Source: Albugo candida (taxonomy: Eukaryota). From it: 20,000 nt of DNA. Below are positions 1 to 9,049 of this stretch, in pieces. A program made the position numbers and the translations under genes. Position 1 is the first letter of the stretch; each line of letters starts with the position of its first letter. A model generated the notes under the pieces. The model made no database searches. It had not been told where the DNA came from and worked only from the letters and a program-made list of their open reading frames with translations. The DNA lies in NCBI GenBank assembly GCA_040437565.1, contig JBDOQK010000017.1, positions 540,401-560,400 on the forward strand, in the 5' to 3' direction.

Positions 1-888
1 CAAGTGAACAGATTGACTTAGAACACTCGCAATTAAGTCAACATCTCTTAAAAAAATTTCACAAATTCGTCGACAGAATGAAAGTATGGTAAATAGCTGA
101 GCGATGCCACATTTCACAAGTATGGAACATCTTTTCAGTTTGAATTTTCAAACGTGCGCAGGGCATGGGATAGATCCGTTAAGGGAAAAAAAACTGAGCT
201 GTCATGTTGCAAGAAAGGCAAAGATAATCAACTTGACGCGTCTGTGTAAAATGGAAAATAATTCCTACTGTTCGATCAAGTTGCGACGTTGTGCAAGCCT
301 GCGACATCTAACGATCGACAATGCAAGATTCGGATTGTTATGATGACGAATTTTCATGAACAGAAACTTTCGCTATCGTCAGTCACCTATGGTTGCAATA
401 ACAGCGACAAATCAAGTTGGTTATTTACACTATTGAGTTGTGGCTCGGCCATAATTCTTCTTGAAGATGGAGATGGAGATTAGCAACCTATCTGACATCA
501 AGTCAGATCATTTCGTACAGGCTCAGAAAAGCGGTTAAGTGAACTAAGGACCTAATAAACGTACTACGGAATCTAAGCTCCCTGGTGAATAGTTGGTTCC
601 AGAATATCAACCTTTTCACGTTCTTGTTCGTTTTTTGATCGTCTGTATCATCCACAACCAGCTCGAGCTTCATCGAACGACTCCGAAATTTTGTGCTCGG
701 ATTTATGTCATCGATCACACGCTCGTCCGTGATTGATTGAGTTCTTCATGATGGTTCTACATGCACTGAAATCCCTGGTGGTACCTCCCGATACAAGTGC
801 AGGCCGAAACCGAAACTTGAGATTGACACTCATCGGAAACTCAAGGAAAATATTCTTGATAAAGATCCTATGAGTTAGGGTTCGGTAA

Positions 889-1308
889 AGTTCACCTCAA
901 TTTTTCTGGCCTTCAAAATATACAATATCTCTAAGAAAGCTGGATCTAACTCAACCACATGTATCCAATTCGGACGACGAAGGATTCTATGTTACATTTC
1001 AAATATTACATTCTAGCGAGGTTTTTTTCCGGCCAAGTACAAAGATGAGTTATGGCCTTACTCATCGTAAAAAACTAATTCCTGGCGCTGTCAAAGAAAA
1101 AATTCCGTTGGATACGTCGTCTCGGAGTGGAAAAGTGTTACAGCTCAATATCGTAACCATCATGCCTAAAGTGTATCTTCATGATGTAGAAGTAAACGCG
1201 CCGAGCTATGACAGTGTATTACTTGGACAGAGCGCACTGAAGCAATTGCGACTCACAATAACAAAAGACTCTTGGAAAGAGCTTGACGAGCTCATAATAT
1301 ATGATTGA
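889..1308 (+). pseudogene. Possible decayed retropepsin-like (LTR retrotransposon protease) fragment
   Basis: Frame is open from 889 to 1308. ILHSS (1003..1017) is two substitutions from ILDSG, and LQLNIVTIMPKVYLHDVEV...VLLGQSALKQLRLTI resembles the retropepsin C-terminal hhG motif. No RT, integrase or LTR seen. Confidence 0.3.
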
Positions 1309-1445
1309 TAGCCAAAAATACTATCGAAACTGAGACATTCATACTGTAACTAATCTCAAAAAGCTCAGAATGACAAAGTAATAGTTACTTCCCAACATCC
1401 ATACGTCTCTCTTCTATCTCTATTATAGCTTCTGTATCATAGACA

Positions 1446-1811
1446 GTCTCTATGCTCACTATTTTCTTGTTGAAGCCCAATTTAGAGGAGTCAGTTTCAA
1501 TTGAATGGAGCGTACTTCTGCATTACAATGCATCATGAACAAGAAGCCCTGTGGTAAACTGATAATACTCGCAGCCTCNNNNNNNNNNNNNNNNNNNNNN
1601 NNNNNNNNNNNNNNNNNNNNNNNNNNNNNNNNNNNNNNNNNNNNNNNNNNNNNNNNNNNNNNNNNNNNNNNNNNNNNNGTCTCTATGCTCACTATTTTCT
1701 TGTTGAAGCCCAATTTAGAGGAGTCAGTTTCAATTGAATGGAGCGTACTTCTGCATTACAATGCATCATGAACAAGAAGCCCTGTGGTAAACTGATAATA
1801 CTCGCAGCCTC
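1446..1811. other. Scaffold gap (100 N, 1579..1678) with identical 133-bp duplicated flanks
   Basis: 1446..1578 equals 1679..1811, and both copies abut the gap, as expected for unmerged overlapping contig ends. Confidence 0.9.
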
Positions 1812-2520
1812 ACCACTTCATACATATATTGAAGAAGAAGCAGGCTCTAGCCCAACGCCTAAGAGTTCCATTACATCAACCTCAGCGCGCTCTTTCAAAC
1901 GTGAACATTAAGTGTAATATGGGTGTGTGTGTCACGGAGGAACAAAAATCGATAGAAGCCCCATATTTATGGTTCAATGACGAATTTGGACGCCTCCGCT
2001 TCTCTAAAAACCGCACAGAATTTCTTAGAAATTTCGAGATCACCACAAGCTCTATCATCCATTCTACTGCATATTCTGCTCAATCCCCATCCCATTACAA
2101 CTGTTCTTGTCTTTTAATCTCATCATGAAGTCTTCTTTCCTTAATATTTCGTCTCTAACGTTGATATTCTTACCCAAGTCGATCAGAGAGTACAATTTCC
2201 CGTAACCGTACCTGCGCTGATACCACATCACGTCGCAGTAATGCGCACCTTTCTATGACCGTATATATAGCGAAACAAACGAATCATTTATGTAAAGTGA
2301 TTATCACCAAAGCAATATACGAATACTATTTAGAGAACAAGAGGCGGCTGATAGAAGTCAAATTAGAGCATTGTATCGCATCTTCGAGTGCTTTATGTTC
2401 ATGCAACCGTACCGACCTGTTGATTATAATTTGACGAAATTGATCGTGAAATCACCTCTGAATGGTCCATTTCTGGTGAAACCATATGCTTTTTAGTGCT
2501 AAAGCCTATGGTATCGTGAA

Positions 2521-3529
2521 GAAGTATCATGCTGGTTGAAGAATTACGAAAAAGAAGGGATTCTATTCAGTAAAGGAAACAGTCGCGAGGCTCTTCATTT
2601 TCTCTGTACAGCAGAGGGAACTTGTCCATAGATTTACATGGCCAAAGTGCTATTCTACAAAGAGATGAAAAATACCACAATGAAGATGTGTGAGCTATCG
2701 CGGATGGAAAGTGACGATTAGAGGCTATTTCATCAGGCTCAAATCGAACATCATCGAGATCAACTGTATCGCTAGTCTCATCAACACGAGCTCGCGTTAA
2801 TGGAACTGATTCTGCACATCAAAGTGAAACGTCCGTCAACAAAAAAGCTCTGGAAAAAGTCGGTTTCATTGATATGCTCTTAGCGCGTGCGGATGTTTTC
2901 ACTCGATCGAGGTAACAGGAAGAGGCCAAAGACCTCAATTATGGAGACTCTCAGTTAATGGAAAATAGAAGATACACGAGCTCAACTTCAGTGTATCCAT
3001 CAGAATTGGACTCTACTCACTTTAAATTTATCATTTCTAATCCGTTAAATTCGTAGAATTGCGGTGCAGGATAATACTTTGATTTTGACATAAGCTCCTG
3101 ACGATATTTGCGTGTTACGACTTTGGGCCGACACACTGACGCGTTTTCCGCACGCGTTTGCAGAGAGAAAACGTAATTTGGGGGCTGCTAAAGCGCTGGG
3201 TCCTCATGATATCGACTCGATTGTCGCCATGGGTGCGCTGCGGTCGCAGTATATCAAGTCTTGAAAGAAGACCTCGACTATCAATCGCGAAGCTGGATTT
3301 CTAAAAAAAGCCGCACGTATCGAGGTATCCTGTCTGAAATCATTTCAGAACCAAGGAGCGACGCACTCGAGCTATCGTTATTCGCGCTCATATACATATT
3401 CGCTTGAACGACTTTGAAGCAGCACTTACGGATAACAATCGCATCTACTCAATTCCTAATCATTTGGATGCACAATCGGAAGAAAAAGTTTCTCAAGAAG
3501 CATTCCATACGCAAGCACAAAACGAGTAG
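2521..3529 (+). pseudogene. Decayed TPR-containing gene, possibly S1+TPR (TTC14-like)
   Basis: TPR-like segments NLGAAKALGPHDIDSIVAMGAL (~3175..3240) and RAIVIRAHIHIRLNDFEAALTDNNRIYSIPNHLDAQ (3368..3476). They are preceded by frameshifted S1-like pieces LILHI/SETSVNKKALEKVGFIDML/VRMFSLDRGNRK (~2806..2925) and VLFYKEMK (2647). Needs several frameshifts. Confidence 0.45.
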
Positions 3530-3789
3530 TAATAGCGACCTAGTGGTTACTGACACAGGATCAAAATGTCGATATGGATTCCACTAAATCTGCGAGTAAA
3601 GAGATAAAGAAGATAGGCAAGAAGTCTGTAATTCCCCAAAACGCATACAGCACTGAAAAGTCTGAGAAATTGTTCGATCCGATCACACCGCGTAGGACAA
3701 GAGAGCACATCAGTGTCTGCACTTTATTACAGACATAAATTCTGCCATGACACAGCGACTTTGCTCGTATATCATGTCGACAACAGCGA

Positions 3790-4057
3790 AATTGTCTGTC
3801 ACGATTTTAGAATTGACGGGAACAATTTTCGAGAGTTGGTTAATTTACTTCATCAAAGGAGGTTGTGAAGGCAAGGGGACAGACTCGGGTAGCCTTCAAC
3901 TTTTGACAATTAAGTTCGGTTGTCTATTAACAGACTAAGCTTTTTTTCTGGAATCAGTAGCGTTTGCTAGGATAGGACCTCCGCCGCAACTTGTAAATGC
4001 TGTAGCCAATGTGGTGAAACCAAGTCCAGCGAAGAGTGCAAGTGAGACAGCGTTCAT
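3790..4057 (-). pseudogene. Decayed small secreted Cys-containing protein gene (weakly elicitin-like)
   Basis: MNAVSLALFAGLGFTTLATAFTSC is signal-peptide-like. The frame stops after an A7 run near 3941..3947; another frame continues VC**TTELNCQKLKATRVCPLAFTTSFDEVN*PTLENC. Confidence 0.3.
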
Positions 4058-5307
4058 GTGAGTAATATGGTTTCTCCATAATATTTTTTGCCTGAATGAC
4101 ATACCTCCTGGAACAAAGAAGGATACCGTATCGCGCTTCAGTTCTGGCTGCTTTCTTGTTGAGCACAAAATTTAGAAAAGCGAGGATGTCCGCACTATTT
4201 CCGGTGCATCGAAGCTTGAAAATGTCACCACATTAGTTCTAGTGAAGAAGAATTAGCTTGTCATTCGCCGAAAAAAATGAATCCAAGAAGTTAAAGCTGC
4301 AAAGGTTACGATCGTCAAATGTTAAAGGAACGATTCCAAATGATGTATTGGAAGTTGCTTTTTTTACCGAATGCTTCATCTGTCTCGCACGTTAGCCTAA
4401 AACCTGGCTCTTACTTGTGATAATGCAATTTTTATGGATGTTGCATTGTGAAGTGCTATTAAATCACAAGAAATGCGCCAATAAGGTACATTATGATTTG
4501 CTTTATCCATATTGTCGGTGTCTTGAGTCAAGGAGCAGTCTTTTCTAGCAAGATATTAATTTGGGATATCGTTGAAACGGAAGCATGAGAGTCCAAAGAA
4601 AAAGACAAAACGAAGTAACTTAGAAAAGACAATAAAGGTATAGAAAAGCCTCTCAGGTTGATTGGTTTTTTGTTACCCAAGTTAATGTCTTGCTCAAGCG
4701 ACTATAAACGCTCTTTGAAGAGAGGAATGTATTTTGAACAATTTGTTAAATAAGCACTGTCCATTGGATGAATTGGCTTGCCACATCCAATAGTGCACGG
4801 GATGGAAAATCTCAAGGCGATAGAAAGTTATTGGCGACAGGATGTGGCTAATTGTTTGTATACCTTGCATATAGAGTCTTTTCTGTCTAATCAAGGCATA
4901 CTTTGAATGGCGCATAAAACTGACATTCACTCCTTCATTTCCTATCTTTTTACTCGTATTTATCTTTTACTCCCTCACTGATGGTTTCTGTTGCTATAAT
5001 TCGGTCCATGATGCATTTGTAGTTAGGTATCGGCTATCACTTCACCAGGATGCGTTTCTACATTTTGCCTTATAAATAGAGATGTTATGAAACTCTCATA
5101 CATCACAAATAGAAGTGGTAGATAGAGTTCTCTATTGGTGCAATGTACTCATAAGCGGAAACTATATATATATTGTCAGAGATTTCATTACACTGTTTAT
5201 CTGGTTTTTTGGCTGCCTTCCTTGTCCTATCATGAGTCCCTAACCGTGTGAATATCACTTAAGTCTGACTTCAAAGCTAGGGAGGCAGATATTTTCCAAG
5301 CTTATTG

Positions 5308-5412
5308 CCTAGGTGGGCTTAAACCGCTGCCCACACTGCCGGGAATTGAACTAACGACCTCCGGCAGGGTCTCCGTGCGCTCAAGTGCTTAATCGACTGA
5401 GCTGGGCACGGA
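5308..5412 (-). mobile_element. tRNA-derived SINE-like element or tRNA pseudogene
   Basis: GC-rich island. Minus strand TCCGTGCCCAGCTCAGTCGATTAAGC...GGAGGTCGTTAGTTCAATTCCCGGC carries a Pol III A-box-like CAGCTCAGTCGATT (5404..5391) and a B-box-like GTTCAATTCC (5351..5342), but no convincing acceptor stem. A second copy of the head is at 5801..5839. Confidence 0.65.
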
Positions 5413-5548
5413 CTTCTCAATTTGCCAGCTGCAACGCACCTCGCAAACCGGATACACAACAACCAACTTTCAACCACACCACCCTTATTGACTACTATTC
5501 TCTCCAACAGAATGGTTTCTATCGACATTTCGCGTTTACCCATCGTTA

Positions 5549-5648
5549 NNNNNNNNNNNNNNNNNNNNNNNNNNNNNNNNNNNNNNNNNNNNNNNNNNNN
5601 NNNNNNNNNNNNNNNNNNNNNNNNNNNNNNNNNNNNNNNNNNNNNNNN
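5549..5648. other. Scaffold gap (100 N), no flank duplication
   Basis: Run of 100 N between the two SINE-like heads. Confidence 0.95.
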
Positions 5649-5800
5649 ATGAAGATATGGACGTGTCAAGACCGCTGGCAACTACACCAGAAAATAAGTG
5701 TACAGGAGTTGGACGGGCTCTTCAGAGCGTTACATACTAGTGATTAGAATAGAGTAGATAACCACCAAACTGTAGTAACAGAAAGGTGTCTAAATAAAAG

Positions 5801-5839
5801 TACTACGGGCGAACACCCTTAACTGAGCTGGGTACGGAA
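5801..5839 (-). repeat. Truncated second copy of the tRNA-like SINE head
   Basis: Minus strand TCCGTACCCAGCTCAGT matches TCCGTGCCCAGCTCAGT of the 5412 copy at 16/17 positions; no B-box follows. Confidence 0.55.
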
Positions 5840-5949
5840 CCCGAGCGAAAACTATATATATTCACTTCGTGATAGACCTACCATACAGATGATTATAGTT
5901 AGAAACAGATGCAAACCATTTTTTTTTTTTTCGACATTGGGTAACATAC

Positions 5950-6635
5950 ACATTGTTATCTTGCACGGCGTAATCGCGCTCCTCTACTTAACAGGATTCT
6001 TAATGATGGGTTGGGTGTATGATTTAGAAGTCCAGTACTGTTCGTTGTCAAGTACTGGTTGCGCAGACGATGCTTTTATCACGTCTTTGGAATTACACTA
6101 TGCACGTGGACGTACCAGCGGAGACTATTCGACAGTGAATTCGATGCTGAATCGATTTTTGCTTGGCCAGAATCAAAACAAAAATATTTAAAGTAAAAAC
6201 GCTCACCTGATCATTGAACCAACTTGGCAATGAATTGACTCGGATGATATAGCGTATCCACGATCGGTCTTATCACTGGATCCAACAACCAAAAATGGCA
6301 GATGGTTTTGATATAGGAGTGCAAAGCAAGGAGAGGAAGCATTTTTACATCTATTATGCACTCTTAACTCTCAGTTACCATCTGGAAACCTTCCAGATCA
6401 GCCAAGAGCTATCTGTATTCAACACATTGGTCATCACAGAAGATCGGACGCACTAGATAGAAAACCAGTTCGGGCATTTATGGCTACTCAGCGACTCCGA
6501 CAAAGAAATTACAGCACTTTCGTGACCTACACCACGCTCAGTGCGCACGCTCGTATTTTCGACGACAGTGTAATGACCAAGGGAAACGTATTCGGCTTGC
6601 AAAAAAGCTGGAACAATTAGCAACGCAAGGATCAT
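5950..6635 (-). pseudogene. Possible decayed intron-containing secreted-protein gene; end approximate
   Basis: MILALLIVPAFLQAE is signal-peptide-like, with an early stop at 6453. A candidate 60-nt T-rich intron CAG|GTGAGC...TTCAG| lies at 6206..6147 on the same strand. Confidence 0.25.
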
Positions 6636-6757
6636 TTGCCTATTTTTTTATAGAATTCGACGATTATTGCTGCAGGTCCGGTACAATCAAGAGAAATATA
6701 TGCGCAACTCGGATCCTAGTCTTTTTTGGATGGCTACGCTGAAACTAGAATGCACAC

Positions 6758-7760
6758 ATGAATTTTGAAACTCGGTACTTGTCGTTGATTCTACAACGTT
6801 TATATCATTTACAAGTTGGACACAGTCTCGAACTGTAGTGGTATGAGGATACTACAGTACGGGATAATAAGCGAGAAGACTTACTATCACATCTCGAAAA
6901 TTTTCTCATGGTACATGTATATTCCTCTTTTCTTTGCTATCAAATAGAATCTAAATAGTATCACGGGTGATCTGGAAACTTGACGCTTGATATCTTCGAG
7001 AATGATGATATTGAAGATCTATGCGCTAAACCTTAATGAATTGCTTCTGAAGACGCTATAAGGTCTACACTGGAAACAAAAGTAGCAAAAATTGCGTGTG
7101 ACCATCAATTTTGGATTCAGGTTTGGAATGATAACTCTAATCCTTGACTTTCATTCAGATGCACTACATACTCATCTTTCGAATGGATCAAACCAAAAAA
7201 GCATGTTTACTTTGTATGGTTGGGTCTTCATTCCTGCATCAAGCGATGCCCAATATCACTTACCTTTTTTGTAAGACGACGGGAAGCTCTTACATAGGAA
7301 GTTTCTTCATGCGCGCTTGCCATAAAATTTCATAATCTTGGACGGAAACCAATCTTAATTACAGAATTAAACTGATGGATTGATGCGGAAGATCTGCCTT
7401 TAGTTACTGTAGTTTGTTCATCTTAATTCAGCCTGTCTGAGAAGTTGCAAAATTGGCTTTGCAGTGGTAAACAATAAAAATTCAGGGACAAAGATATGTT
7501 CAAAGATTAATGAAGTTACCACGATATATAACACAAAATGTAGCTCAGGGCGTAGGTAAACGTTGTACCAATTCTTAGATTTAGGGGTAACGACAATACT
7601 GCATTCAATGGATGTGGCATTTTTCTCCAAAGCTGCAGCGCTTTAGAAAAGAGCTGTGAGCCACAGCTCTATGTAATTGTACGATGTAACTACTCATAAA
7701 CCCTGAAGAAATATCATTGTAAAGGAAGACCCGAATGATTCTGCTTGCTGCTCGACAGAG
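6758..7760 (+). pseudogene. Probable decayed CxxC-module (CCG-like) family member; end approximate
   Basis: The frame from ATG 6758 contains HG*SGNLTLDIFENDDIEDLC (6962..7024), which resembles EGHSGILTLFLYRCHSKDLC of the intact gene. ORF 7144..7335 has a module-like YILIF...ACLLCMVG...TYLF...AC pattern. A further module-like stretch (VVPILRF...GCGIFL...LYVI) lies near 7560..7700. Many stops and frameshifts. Confidence 0.45.
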
Positions 7761-8294
7761 GTTTTTTTGCAATAGTAATAAGGTACGTTTGATCGATTCA
7801 ATACCGTCTTCTTAGTTTAACATGGTCAGTTGAATCAGAACACTAGTAAAATGGTTTTGTCGAAAAACTTCTTTGTTGAGAGAGACAATGCTGCTGCTCT
7901 TATTCTTCTAATTGTACTAACGTTGCAGACAAACGCGAGGATTGTAGTAAATCCAAAGATATGTGTTTTGGAGAAATCTCGCCACAGTAAGCAATCTGAA
8001 CGAAATGAACCTCAACCTATATCCTACTGATCTAAAGAGTGCCCAAAGCCGCAAAGCGCTCCGAAATATAAAGTAAAACTCGTTTGGCAGCAATATTCTT
8101 GTTACATGTACGTCAGATAACATTCCTTTGGTTATCCAATTCGCGACTTCGGCTCACCGATTGTAAATATCCTTTCAAAAATATTTTTTTCGAGACGCAA
8201 AAATTAACCTACATAAAATAAGTAAAAAAAACATGAAGAAATATGAATAGAAGATCATCGCGACTACATCATTGTTCTTGCTATTGGCTCTTCC

Positions 8295-8750
8295 AGAGAA
8301 CTACAGGAACGATGCAAGCCAAAACTTCAGTCATCAAAGATGATGCAAAGAATAGAGAAGTTTTGAGTACCTTGTAAAACCATCGATATAGCAATATCAA
8401 GAGGGTCAGGGATTTTGAGTGTTTGCAATCTGCGAGCAAATAGCCCTAGTAAACATATAGATAGACTCAATTANNNNNNNNNNNNNNNNNNNNNNNNNNN
8501 NNNNNNNNNNNNNNNNNNNNNNNNNNNNNNNNNNNNNNNNNNNNNNNNNNNNNNNNNNNNNNNNNNNNNNNNNAGAGAACTACAGGAACGATGCAAGCCA
8601 AAACTTGAGTCATCAGAGATGATGCAAAGAATAGAGAAGTTTTGAGTACCTTGTAAAACCATTGATATAGCAATATCAAGAGGGTCAGGGATTTTGAGTG
8701 TTTGCAATCTGCGAGCAAATAGCCCTAGTAAACATATAGATAGACTCAAT
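8295..8750. other. Scaffold gap (100 N, 8474..8573) with 177-bp near-identical flanks
   Basis: 8295..8471 and 8574..8750 differ at three sites: C8328/G8607, A8337/G8616, C8384/T8663. Confidence 0.9.
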
Positions 8751-9049
8751 GATCTATCCCATATTATCCATATAGAGCCCTATAAGATGAGATTTTGTTC
8801 ATATCAAAACGAAGTTGGTAAGGCTGGATGCTCTGGAACAATTTCTGCGCTCACGAGTATGAAGAAGAGCGTAATGGTGTACAAAACATGATGGTGGCAC
8901 ACTTTTAGGCAGCCGGATTGTTACCTTCTTTGATGATAAATTTTTAGTTAAATGAGCCAAAATTATAGATCTATTTGACAGCAATAGAAGCGTGGGATTG
9001 AACTCAAAATTGGAAACAATCGTAAAAGTGCACAGAATCAATTTTAGAC

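Noticed and set aside
104..718. Short track ORFs at 104, 289 and 503 (similarly 1829, 4694, 14090)
   Set aside because: Under 100 aa with no recognisable motifs; consistent with random ORFs.
1446..1811. 133-bp direct repeat as a possible LTR or tandem repeat
   Set aside because: Copies are identical and abut a fixed-length N gap, as does the 66-bp pair at 11005..11236; best explained as an assembly overlap artefact.
2030..2220. Possible gypsy chromodomain remnant on the minus strand (EY...ERRLHDE...QEQL*W/MGIE)
   Set aside because: Needs several frameshifts, lacks the WEP motif and lies on the opposite strand from the protease-like fragment.
5335..5412. Functional tRNA gene
   Set aside because: A and B boxes are present, but I could not fold a proper acceptor or anticodon stem, and a truncated second head nearby favours a SINE-like repeat.
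7650..7670. Perfect 9-bp hairpin AGAGCTGTG-AGC-CACAGCTCT
   Set aside because: Isolated, no U-tract, eukaryotic context; compatible with chance in 20 kb.
8233..8345. Plus-strand signal-like peptide KIIATTSLFLLLALP
   Set aside because: A stop lies between the ATG and the hydrophobic stretch, and the better-supported homology downstream is on the minus strand.
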